Part shown: in pieces, positions 26,305 through 37,730 of the stretch | How positions within the stretch are numbered: position 1 is the first letter of the stretch | Layout of the letters: each line of letters starts with the position of its first letter | Assembly: GCA_030390025.1 (NCBI GenBank) | Contig: CM059432.1 | Span: forward strand, 47,804,001-47,868,000 | Origin: Squalus acanthias | Taxonomy: Eukaryota | DNA length: 64,000 nt | Reading direction: 5' to 3' | The notes under the pieces: model-generated | Told to the model about the DNA's origin: nothing | What the model saw: only the letters and a program-made list of their open reading frames with translations | Database searches by the model: none | Position numbers and translations under genes: made by a program

Positions 26305-28257
26305 TTGAAATCCAATGTAATAAATGGAAATTAACTTACTGAGTCACCTTGAAACAGTGACTATGGTCAACGTTTTGAGGCTCTGTCAGCTTTTCTGAAG
26401 ATGTTCGCCAGCTTTTCTGAGTTTAGTAGGTTAGCATGTGTGTAAGCTTCACTGCAATATTATAGGCAAACAAACGCACAACCTTTACTTGTATACAATC
26501 CAAAAGGTTGCTGCCAAAACTTGTACAGAAGTTTTTGTTATTAAAATACTAATAATTTGTGTACACTTGGGATTTAACCTATGATATGTTAACCATATGA
26601 GTGTTTTAATTACTGAGGATAAAGTTATGAAAGAGATGGCAGCACATGCTGCTTGCAATGCTGGAGCATGGGTTCATGTTTGTACTCTTCCATGTTGAGT
26701 TCTTGATTTTACTGTGGAAAAGTACCAAGCAGAGGTGCTTCTCCTTAAAGAGGAAATGAGAGAAAATTGGATTGAATTCATTTCCAGGTCATTCTTGGAC
26801 ACTCTCTAGGAGCCAGCGTGGAGTGACATTGAAAGAGGTGTGGGAGTAGGTTGCCCCCTTGCAATGCTGCGTGAAGTTGGCGCATGGCATGTAAAAACTG
26901 AAAAATGGGAAGAAAACAGATTCTTACTCCTTGAATTTTTTTTGTAAAAAAGAACAATAATCTGGACTGCAAACCCTACCCTGCACCAAGTGATCCTTAT
27001 GGCTTTTGAGAGTATGGCTGCTAAATTAGCACCAAAGTATTCAAAGTTATGAGTGATTTTGTGCATCAGTATAAACTGGGTTGAGGTAACACAAACTTAT
27101 TTAATTTCAAACCTTTACCGTCATCAGAGTGATGAGACTTGCAGCCAGTGCTTTTGTATGTAAGAAGAATATTTTAAAAGTGACGAATAAGATAAGGTCA
27201 TTTACTCATCAAAACTTATCCCTCAGGCACATTAACTCTCTCATCATGGTATCTAATTGTAATAATTCTGAATAACTCCAATGTTTATTTTGTTTCTATT
27301 CTCACATTTATCACATTTTGAGTAAAGCATTTTATCCTGCTATCCCTTCTACATTTACTTTTCATTCATTTCTCCTTATGTCCCTGCTCCTATTTTCTTT
27401 GCATACTTTGAAGTAATAATCTGGGTTTACCTTAGTTAATATTAATATTCCTAGATGAGGTCAACCACCACTTTCTATCTAGAAGTATTCCGTATATGTT
27501 TGTTTAAATATAAATTTATTGAAGTGAGTGTCTTTGGAACTGTGCAGCATTAGCAGGTATAGGAAAGTTCTCTTACAACATACAAAGCATAACAAAGTAT
27601 GAGTCAGAAGGGGAAAAGTTATTTATAGCACACTGCAGTCGGCTCCCATTAATTAACAATGAGCGTGAGAAGCCGGCGAAACTGCATCTTGGCCCAGGCA
27701 GGATAACTGCCTATGCAGTGCTGTTATCATTTTTAAATGAAAGAAAATTAGTGACAAGTTTGACCTCCATAAACTAATCAATAACAGAGTTCCCACCCAA
27801 AATGCCAAACACTTCAGACACCTGTTGCGGTTTTGCCTCTTCTCTATACTCATTTCTTTTATTTGCGATCTGCCCTTATCCCAAAACTGCGCCCCAGTCA
27901 GCATTCCTTAATAAAGACTCAGGCCAAGAATTTCTGCTTTCGGTGCAATTGCCGATCGGGTACCAATTGCGCTCATAATTGCGCTAGTTTTCAGAAGTGT
28001 TTTTGTTCCTCACGTTTCCGCTCAAATTCATTTGCATATCGCCAAACGTAAAATCTTCCCTGAACCAGCGCAATCGGACAGTGTTTTAGAACGTAATTTA
28101 AAAAAAAATTTGCATACAAAAAATTCTTTGATGTATTTAACCGTGGTAAGCTGGTGCAGTTTTCTTAATACAGCTGTAAATGGGTTTATCACAAAAAATA
28201 AGCATTTTTAATCAGAGCGTCTAGTCTACCATCTGTGAGTAACCCGATTTTAAATAA

Positions 28258-28286
28258 CTGATGAAAAGTCATCGACCTGAAACATT
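28258..28286 (+). ncRNA. Truncated hammerhead core from the PLE-derived repeat
   Basis: CTGATGAaaagtcatcgacctGAAAcatt, cut off by the adjacent Harbinger end. Confidence 0.5.
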
Positions 28287-29463
28287 GGCCAGAATTTTGC
28301 CAGTGCACAGCGGACGGAATAGGGTGGCGGGTCAGCTGTTAAATTTAAAATGATTGACAGCAGGTCGGGAACCTGCTGTCAAAACATGCACACTGGACTT
28401 TCCCGATGTTGGGTCTGCCATCGCTGAGCAGACCTGAGAGGCAGCGGCGAGGGAGACAATTAAAATCATTAGTGGTTTGTTTATAGCCACTTATCTATGG
28501 TTTTTTCCCCAGCTTTTTGGATTTGACAGGTCGCCCACCGGTTTCCTGCTGTGCCTAGACCTCGTCTGTGAAGCTGAGGCGGGAGGTCAGTGGCCATTGA
28601 ATCAGCTGTTGATTTGACAGCTTCAAATGTACAGTAAAAGCCCCCACCTTACAGAGATATCTTCCCTCAGCCACAAACTCTTCCTCACTGCATTTCCACA
28701 ACAGATTCACCATGCTGCAAGTCTTTACACAAGTCTCCATCCAGTCTGACCTCATTACCTCTCTCACCATTGACAGATTGCTTCTGTCATCTCTACTTTA
28801 CCTGCCATCTATTCGATCAGCATGGGTGCCCTTTATACTCTCTCACCTTGGTCCTCAGAATCCCACTACGATCAGCCCCAACACCAGCAGCACCAGGCAC
28901 ACCAGCAGCACCAACAACAACAAAACCACCAACCTTCTCTGCAATCAACTGATACTGCACAGGACAGAGGGCATCAGCACCCGACCACATTGCTGCCCGG
29001 GAGGCCAGGGATGGCCTCACCATGGCCAGATTTACTTTACTTGACGCTGTACACCCTGGCTGCCAAAACATGATGCGCCAGGATGGCACTGCCCCACACC
29101 AACACCATAAAGCATCCCTACAATGCCCAAGCCATTCCTTTCACACTCACCACCATTGCGGGAGGTACCATTAGGTCTCACCATTCACTGCAACTCACTA
29201 AGCCACTTCCAAAGGTGCACATAAATCTATCCAAGAACGCAAAGTGTTGAAAATAAAGGTTTCAATGTTTGACACCACATTAACAGAAACTTTACATGAA
29301 CATTGCATAAAACATCCAAGTGCCTACCCTTGTGTGTTGTTAGCTGGTATGACTGGACTAGGATGAGGGTGAGTGTGAGGGGTGGCTAGTGAGATGGGGA
29401 TGTGATAATGTAGATAGAGAGGGATGGGTGGAGGTGCAAGGTAAGCTGGTGTGAGTAAGGATG
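28287..29463 (+). mobile_element. Internally deleted Harbinger relic (transposase 5' end)
   Basis: TIR-like ggccagaatttt. ORF 28822..29073 MGALYTLSPWSSES..QPQHQQ.. resembles the N-terminus [20 protein letters not shown] of the 24119 transposase. Confidence 0.6.
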
Positions 29464-30214
29464 TGCAGGCAAGAAAGATCCCAGGTCAGCACTGAGTTAA
29501 CTGATCTCAGCCTGGGTAGCAATTTGCACAACGCAATAGGACCCCAGGATCAGCCCGCTGGGAACCTCAACTGCTGAACTTGTCGCACTTTGCAGCATCA
29601 GGGAGAGGCTCCCTCATTTAAATAATCCTGGCAGGTGTCAGATCTTGGGTAACTGCCAGTTGGGGCAGGTCACAGGATGTAGTGAAGGCCGGACTGTCCA
29701 GATGATGGGGGCTGGCCGGACCCCCATCAAAAAGATTTCCCTGTGTGCTCCAGCAGACCCTTTTATTAAGGGGACTATTTAAATTACAACTCTCCTGCCT
29801 TTTCTTCAGAGATCCAGTCCATAATCCAGGACTGGACCCCCGTGTGGACCCCACTTCCCCAGTGGCTGGTACACATCTTTCCACCTGGTACACAAGGCAC
29901 TACTAATCTGCCAGGCCAGGGACAAGGAAACTCCCCTCCCCACTGCCATGCCTCCTCTGAAGTGGCTGACCTTGTTTGAGGTGGATTAGGTTCCATTCCA
30001 AACAAGTCCCCGTGGAAATTAACGGAAAAGGCTGACACCCAGCCTATCAGGGTCCTGGGCTAATTTCCAGGTCTTCGGCTGCACTTCCGCCAGACATTTG
30101 GTGGGAATGCAACCGATGGCCTGTGGAAATTCAGGGCCTATATGTATTAGAAACTAAAAGAGAATTATGGAAAAATTAAAATAAATGTCAAATATCTATT
30201 TTTTTTAATCAACA

Positions 30215-30470
30215 AGTTCTCCTAATTGCTCAGTTAGTGGTTTCCCTTCCCAGTGTGGAATTGAACCATGCAGGCAAGAAAGATCCCATGTCAGCACTGA
30301 GTTAACTGATCTCAGCCTGGGTAGCAATTTCCACAACACAAACAATAGCACCTCTGGGATGAGGGAGTGGAAAAAGCAGCCAGGGTTCCTGATCATGATT
30401 GCCGTTCAGTGACTCCTTCTGGAAAGCACATATCAAGTGTGACAAGTTTGGCCTTGGCTATGATTCCTCC
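30215..30470 (+). mobile_element. Old SINE
   Basis: gctcagttagt head, then ctgagttaactgatctcagcc...cagccagggttcctg...cagtgactcc; related copy at 13075-13330. Confidence 0.5.
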
Positions 30471-30896
30471 CATGGTAGCTAACTATCTAAGCTCGCACAT
30501 GAAGCATGCCCACTTAGGTGAAATATTGCCACCCATGCAGTAGTAATGCAGTATGAGTCAGTGCCATCAGGAGAGGAAACAAATATTTGAAAACAATAGC
30601 ACAGTAAAGCAAAGAAAGGTACATCTACCAATACTTTAATGCCACTGGTCGAGCTTAAAGATGTGCTTTTAAGTTTTAGCACAGAGCTATTTATTTTACT
30701 TTGACATCGTTTCATGCTGAAAAGAATAATTCACTGTGTTAAAATGCATGAGAAGTATGCATCATCTTCATTGTTATTTCCTAAGCAATATATTCATCTA
30801 ATAACTCATATGCTGCCTTCCAGAAGCACAAAGCAACTATCTTCAATCAATGGCTTTTTAAATAAAATTTGAGACCAGGGTTAAGTCACACACAAG

Positions 30897-31941
30897 GGGG
30901 GTGAAATTGGGTGCCTTTGCGCCTCCCATTAGCGCCCTGGAGGGCGCTAACGGGGCGCAAATGGCTTTGCGACCAGGCGCGACACTGACATCGACTCCCG
31001 CCATATTCAGAGGGAGTTTTGCGACGGCGCTATGGTGTTGCACTCCGAACTCCTTCGCTCGGGGATCGTGACGTCATCGCCGTGAGCATCGTCCCGGTAG
31101 CGACCCGGACCCAAATTGACTTCCGCCCCCTGCAGCAGCGCCGGTTAAAAACACCGACAGCTGCAGGAGGAGTGCATTGGGTGGCTGGCTGCTTCGGGGG
31201 CAATGATTAAAGGCGAGGTGTCCGAGGTAAGTGAAAAAAATACTTACCTTTCCTCTTCTAGTTTTTTTCGAGGGTTCCTGCCCGCGAGCAATCAGCCCGG
31301 CACTCTGCTTGAGTGCCGGGCTGATCGTGCGGGATCGCGGCTACCTTGGTGGTCCAGGTAGGTACTTTTTAAATTGCAGAGCCTGCAGCGATGGCTCTTC
31401 CCTTTAAGGGAGGGAAGGAGCCTTTGCACGCAGCAGCGCTGCACGGCCCAGTGTGCAGCGCTGCTGAAGTCTCCGCATGGATGAGGGTTTCAGTGGCAAA
31501 GAGGTGAAGTATCCAGAGACAGGTAATGTGCAGAGGTGGAAATAGGTGGTGTTAGTGTTGTACAGGACAAGGTATTTGAAACTCAGCACAGGGTCAAACA
31601 GCACACGGGGGTTGCTCATCAACAGGTTCAGTCTGAATGAACAATCAAGGAGGGAATGGGATCAGGGCTAGGGTGCAGAGATTTTGGTGGAAGTCAAACA
31701 TAATGGCTTTGTTTTTGCCAATGTTAAGCTGCAGAAAACTTCGGCGCATCTGTGACTTGCAGTCTGATAAAGGAACGAGCCAAGGAATGGTAGTGGTGCG
31801 GTTGGGAGATAGTTTGGGAGTGGATCGTGATTGCAGGAGGGACGTCTCATGAAGGGTGATTTTAACAATCGGACGGTCCGGCCAGTGGAGCATGGGGCCA
31901 GGTACATTTTGAGGGCTTCATTAACGTGGAAATTCTGGGCC
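30897..31941. mobile_element. Harbinger-type MITE interrupted by an L2 fragment (~31478-31830, minus)
   Basis: Left end gggggtgaaattgg resembles the 25598 MITE and the right end is gaaattctgggcc, with aag on both flanks. L2-like FLQLNIGK and LFDPVLSF occur in minus ORFs. Confidence 0.55.
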
Positions 31942-32249
31942 AAGTACACAAACCACTGTCAAGTTTAAATCTCTCAATCGAAAAAGGGCACTTCAGCTTA
32001 CAATTTTACTTGTTGGTTAACTTTACTGAACAAATATGATTCTGACCAAAATAAGAATCTTTAATTTTTAGTGGTTCAAAATAATGAAGTCAATGGAAAG
32101 GAAAATCGGGCGGGCTGTGTAATGGGTGGCTGAGCCACTACCACCTATTTTGCACCCCTGCTAAAGTTGAATTTTACCTACTTGGTTTATGAAATAATTT
32201 ATAATTTAACATTTCAGAATTATAAAAATAAATCAATTTTGTGCTGATC

Positions 32250-34590
32250 TCAGGATGGTAGCATTCGTACTTCCACCACTGGAACGCCCCAGTGCCCTTG
32301 CTGTTGCCTGTCAGCCAACCAGCCCAGACTGCTGCCGCCCATGCCAAGGTGATGCAGTCTACAGCCGGGCCTTGTAGGCCCAGAGCTGCTCGTGGTTATC
32401 CTGCAAGGCCATCTGCAGTCTCCCCCACTGAAAGTCAGCAGCCTTCCACCAGCCATGCTGTAGACACTGGGGTAGCACTTTGTAGGAGCACTAGGACAGG
32501 CAAAGGCACACGGAAGACAGGCACTAAGGGAGTGCACAAGGGTGATTAGTTGACTTTGTTATGTAATATTGGAGTGAATGATTTATAAATGTGGTTTGGA
32601 ATGTTTGTTTAGTGGTGGCATTCATTTCAGCATTGTGGCCAAGAGGACGCTATGATGTTATGTGACAGATGGATGGTAAGGTGGGGAAGTGTTGAGCAAC
32701 AGGGATCTGGGGTTTCATTCAGGAGAACCGGAGTCTGATCATGTGCTCACGGACAGCCCGTTTGGAAAGTGGATGTGCAGGCTGCCTCCTCCCTTCCTCC
32801 TCCTCCTCCTCTTCCTCTTCCTCCTCCTGCTCCTCCTCCTGAAGTGGTCCCAGAACCCGTAGCGGCAGGTGCAGAGCAGATAGCCGGAGTGGTCAAGGCA
32901 GTGGAACTGTTGCTTCAGCACCCCGCTGGTCTGCTCGTTGACATTCCTCGTGGCAGCATGGCTGTCATTATATGAGTGTTAGCCACAAGTGGTGGGGTTG
33001 CAGAGGGGAGTCATTATCCAGGTTCAGAGCGGATAGCCCTTGTCGCCAAGCAGCCATCCTCAGGTTTGACGTGGTGGCTGGAAAATTGCTGGCACAGTGG
33101 ACTGGCGCAGGATGAAGACATCATGACTGCTGCCAGGATAGCGGGCATTCTCCATCATGATGCGTTGGGCATGGTCACACAACAACTGCGCATTGAGTAT
33201 TATCTTTGCAGTTACGGAACATCTCACCAATGAGATGCAATGCCCGCAAAGCCATGTGTGTGCTGACAATGGCACCCTACACCATGGGGAAACCCGATAT
33301 CCTGACAAAGCTACGTGCACGCTCCTTCTGTTTCACAATGAAGTCCCGTACAGAACTTCTGTGACCTCCCGGATGCAGCGATGGATGGCGAACTGCGAGA
33401 TGTTTGCTATGTCATCTATTCCAGCCTGGAAAGATCCACTGGAGAAAAATTCAAGGCCACGGTGACCTTGAGGACCTCTGGCAGCGTCGTCACCACCCTG
33501 CTCTGAGGCTGCAGGTCCATAGAAACATAGAAACTAGGAGCAGGAGTAGGCCATTCGGCCCGTCGAGCCTGCTCCACCATTCAATACGATCATGGCTGAT
33601 CATCCAAATCCAGTACCCTGTCCCTGCTTTCTCACACAGAATCCCCATCGAGCCTGCACCGACACATATCCCACCCTATCCCCGTAACCCCACGTATTTA
33701 ATTCCCCCTAACATATCCCATCCTATCCCTGTAACCCCACATATTTAATCCCCCCCTAACACTAAGGGTCAATTTATCATAGCCAAATCAACCTAACCCG
33801 CACATTTTTGGACTGTGGGAGGAAACCGGAGCACCCGGAGGAAACCCACGCAGACAATGTACAAACTCCACACAGACAGTCACCCGAGGCCAGATTCGAA
33901 CCCGGGTCTCTGGCGCTGTGAGGCACCAGTGCTAACCACTATGCCACCGTGTTGCCCAGTTCCAAGAGTTGGCAGAGTTCTCTGACCACCTCCTGACTGA
34001 AGCTGAGCCGCCGAACACACTGCTCCTGGCTTGGGTGCAGGTAGGAGAAGTGCTCCCTGAAGACACCAGGTAGGTAAGGTCTCCTGCTGAGAGCCCTCCT
34101 CCCCCTCCTCTTCCTCCCTGTGCGAGCAGCTTGTCTTCTTTACTGCCTCTGCTCCATCTCCCTGTCATGATGCAAGGGGGATGACAACTAGAGCCCCCAT
34201 GACTGGGAGCAAGTGGTGTACTCAGAGACCTTCCAGTAGCAGCCAACGCCTTCCCAAGATTCAGCAGCACTCCTTGCACACTTTAACAACATTTTAAATA
34301 TCTTCCAGCAACCCAGTACTCCTACAAACTCTGCAAGAGCCAGTACAAAAGCAATAAACAACTTACCTGCAAGTTGGATATATCCCTTAAAGTAGCACTG
34401 GTGGGGGATCCTTCATGCAGCTGAACGCACATTCAGCTCTGCGTGTTTAGCAGAGGGCGTTGAATGGAGTGGCGACATCAAAAATGCATCAAATCAGTGT
34501 TACATGCTGACTGACGTCACGATCTGCCTACTCGGCATACTGCCGGCGCACACACGTACCGCCTGTGCTATCGCCCTCACCAAGATGGCG
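32250..34590 (-). mobile_element. Degraded two-gene Harbinger transposon (transposase ~34200-32717 minus; Myb-gene 3' end 32250-32549 plus)
   Basis: [27 protein letters not shown] and LKQQFHCLD. Strong nucleotide similarity to 43270-44960. SINE inserted at 33518-33957. Confidence 0.85.
33518..33957 (-). mobile_element. tRNA-derived SINE, HE1/V-SINE-like, with CR1-derived 3' tail
   Basis: Minus strand shows A box tggcatagtgg, B box ggttcgaatc, V-domain-like tccgggtgctccggtttcctcccacagtccaaa, and a CR1 tail ending in (tttctatg)n. Confidence 0.85.
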
Positions 34591-35631
34591 AACAATGTTT
34601 TGAATGAGAACCTTCATGAGAAATGGTTACAAACCATTAATTCATCTTTTCTCATTTAGACACTCTTCTGATCTTTGTTCTGATGAAATGTGAGACCCCA
34701 AACTTTTTCTTTCAGCTGTCAATCAACTTGCTGAGCATTTTCTGTGTTTTTTTTACTTACTTTATTTTTTTAGGTCCCCCACTGCCACATACCATTTTCT
34801 GACTATGAAGAGGTATCTGTTTTGCTAATAGGACTTACCAACACTCCTTTACCCCGAGACTAGCAGGTACCGAAAGGACGGCCATGATGAAAATGCCCTC
34901 TTCCTCTGCATGGTGAAAGCACCTTGCGTCTCCACTCTCTTCCATGCCTTCTACAGGTAGTTTGGCTGAGAAAATCCGGTTCTAACAGAACTTGCTGCAA
35001 ATAGTCTGAGTTCAATGCTATAGAACCGTATGTAAAAAGAGTTAATTTGGGAAGAAACTGAGGTATCATTTGAGGCGGCAGGAGGCAGTTATACATCCAT
35101 GTAATAACTATCCCATATGCAAAACTAGAAAATCAACATACCCAGCTTGTTTGGATAGCTACGTGCCAAAAAAATATAAAAGTTACTGTCTATGGGAAAG
35201 GTATGGAAACCACAAAGATTGCAGATTATCATTGTATCCATTCATTCATTATAGACAGCATCAGAAACAATGTACCTTTTGATAATAGTTTCACAGATTA
35301 CCCTAAATTTAGCAACTGTTTATTGTGGCTTTCAGGCCTGAGGTTTACAAAGTAAATTCAGTGGCTGTCGATCTGGTTACACAAAAGAGACTGAATAAAA
35401 CTTGTTGAATGCTATAATTATGCAGAGATTGACATGGGATATATGCTGGGCAAGGTCCATGTAAAGATTTACAGTAATACCTGATCTGATCTGCAGAGTC
35501 CGAGATGCAAAACATCACCAGCTTGACAACTCTTTCCCTTTGTGAATGATACACAAACACTTTAGTTAGAAAAATAACATAAACTGTGTCAGTGCATCTG
35601 CCTTTTGAAAACAACCTTAACTCTTTGACCA

Positions 35632-36011
35632 GCGTTCCTGCCTCACCGAACCCCGCGATCGACACCCCCCACGACCCTTCCGATCTCCCCCCAACCTTCC
35701 TCTCGAGGCCTCCGACCCCCCCTTTCCCCCTCCCACATGAGATCACCAGTCCACGATCACCGTCCAGCTTATGATCCTCAGCCCCTGGCCCCCAATCACC
35801 CTCCAGCCTTCCGATCTCCCCCCTCCGGCCTTCTGCTCTCCCCCCTCCAGCCCCCTATCACACTCCGGCCTTCCCCCGATCACACTCCGGCCTCCCCCCT
35901 CCAGCCCCTGATCACCTTCCGATCTCCCCGCTCCGGCCTTCTGCCCTCCCCCCTCCATCCCCTGATCACACTCCGGCCTTCCCCTCCAGCCCCCGGTCAC
36001 ACTCCGGCCTC
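35632..36011. repeat. C-rich low-complexity tandem repeats (MITE-interior-like)
   Basis: Recurrent atcacactccggcc, ccgatctcccc and ccctccagcccc units; a higher-order unit begins at ~35809 and again at ~35917. Confidence 0.7.
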
Positions 36012-37026
36012 AGCGAAAAACCGCATAGACCTCCTCAGAAGGCGAACATGGGACACTACCAACAGAGTACCCTACGTCGTCCAGTACTTCCCCGGAGCGG
36101 AGAAACTACGCCATGTTCTTCGCAGCCTTCAACATGTCATTGATGACGACGAACACCTTGCTAAGGCCATCCCCACGCCTCCACTACTCGCCTTCAAGCA
36201 GCCGCCTAACCTCAAAAGTACCATTGTTCGCAGCAAATTACCCAGCTGTCAGGAGAACAGCGACCACGACACCACACAACCCTGCCACGGCAACCTCTGC
36301 AAGACATGCCAGATCATCAACACAGATACCATCATCACACGTGAGGACACTACCCACCAGGTACATGGTACATACTCATGTGACTCGGCCAACGTTGTCT
36401 ACCTCATACATTGCAGGAAAGAATGCACCGCGGCATGGTACATCGGCGAGACCATGCAGACACTAAGACAACGTATGAACGGACACCGCGCAACAATCGC
36501 CAGGCAGGATTGTTACCTCCCAGTCGGGGAACACTTCAGCAGTCAAGGACATTCAGCCTCGGATCTGCGGGTTAGCGTTCTCCAAGGCGGCCTTCGAGAC
36601 ACACGACAACGCAAAATCATCGAGCAGAAACTGATAGCCAAGTTCCGCACCCATGAGGACGGCCTCAATAGGGATCTCGGGTTCATGTCACGCTACAGAA
36701 CGTGACTCGACATCGTTGTCTGTCTTTCCAGTTTAAAAAAAAAACATTAAAAAAAAAGTTAAAAGCTCAACTGCAGACGGCAGCATTTGACACGTTGGAC
36801 CCCCTGTGACCCACCTCATTGTCTTAGCTGTACTCTGATGTGTCTTTGATGTAATGCCTCCCTAAAAGATTGTATCTCTGCAGACAAATTGCTCTCTGTG
36901 TATATATACTGTGTAATAGATTCCCTCACTGTACCTTTACCTGACGAAGGGGCAGCAGCTCCGAAACCTCGTAATTTTAAATAAAACTGTTGGACTATAA
37001 CCTGGTGTTGTGCGACTTCTCATTTT
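36012..37026 (+). mobile_element. Penelope-like retroelement, same family as 9342-10321
   Basis: GIY-YIG domain NVVYLIHC...WYIGET in ORF 35737..36705; same 3' end ctgttggactataacctggtgttgtg.gacttctcatttt. Confidence 0.9.
36937..36974 (+). ncRNA. Minimal hammerhead ribozyme motif in PLE 3' region
   Basis: ttac-CTGACGA-a-ggggc(agca)gctcc-GAAA-cc-TC-gtaa; the helix III palindrome is broken by one change. Confidence 0.65.
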
Positions 37027-37730
37027 CATTATTGGGAACAGTGAAATAGTCGGTAATGATGATGCACCTGTAATAGTGATCCTTCAATGATTCTCAAGTA
37101 ACTAGCATATCATTTAACTGGTAGATTAGTTGAAAAATGTGTTAATTCGCCATGTGGAATGCACATAATGTAGAAAGATTAGCGCAACAAAATGTTAGAA
37201 AAACCTGATAAGATCAGACCAGGCCTTGGCGACAATGGCAAGTGCTGTCAGTATGTGATTGTCAGAGTCAATGTGGTATCAATGACTCAGAGGATTTGGC
37301 AGAAGATCCAGAAGAAGTTGCAAGATTTAGAATGAGCACAAATGTAAGGCATGTATATCAATGTAAAATAATAGGACATACAGGAACACGATTCTATAGA
37401 TTCTATGTTTCTATGTTTCTATGAAGGAAAGTTTTTGTTAAAGACACATGCAAAAATCCCTACTGGCACTAATACAGCCCAAATCATCTTCCAATGTAAA
37501 GTGTAAGGAAGTAATTGACGCCTCGATCTGCTCCTGTTGCCATATCAGCCTTCATTGGAAAACAGGTGCCTCCAGGGTATCAAAGATGCATCAAGTCTGT
37601 TAGTAAAGTGAAAATTGCAAAGTCATTTAAATTACATTCAACACGTGGTTATGGGAGAGAGAATGTAATGCATGAAAAAAACAAATCACCCTGTATCAGT
37701 CCCCATTGTCCTTATGTTTAAAGGTGCAAC

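Noticed and set aside
26788..26830. VILGHSLGA lipase-like motif after a ttccag acceptor
   Set aside because: A stop follows within a few codons, there is no donor site and no other lipase exons; likely chance.
33890..33957. tRNA gene (also 62350-62432)
   Set aside because: The A and B boxes are SINE heads continuous with SINE bodies and LINE tails; no complete cloverleaf.
35737..36705. 322-aa ORF joining a Pro-rich repeat to a GIY-YIG nuclease, as a novel fusion gene
   Set aside because: The N-terminal part is C-rich low-complexity sequence that rarely contains stops, and it abuts a 5'-truncated PLE. The sister copy at 9342 lacks it.
37220..37345. Possible plus-strand exon ending in gtaagg
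   Set aside because: No recognisable protein similarity, weak acceptor and no partner exons.
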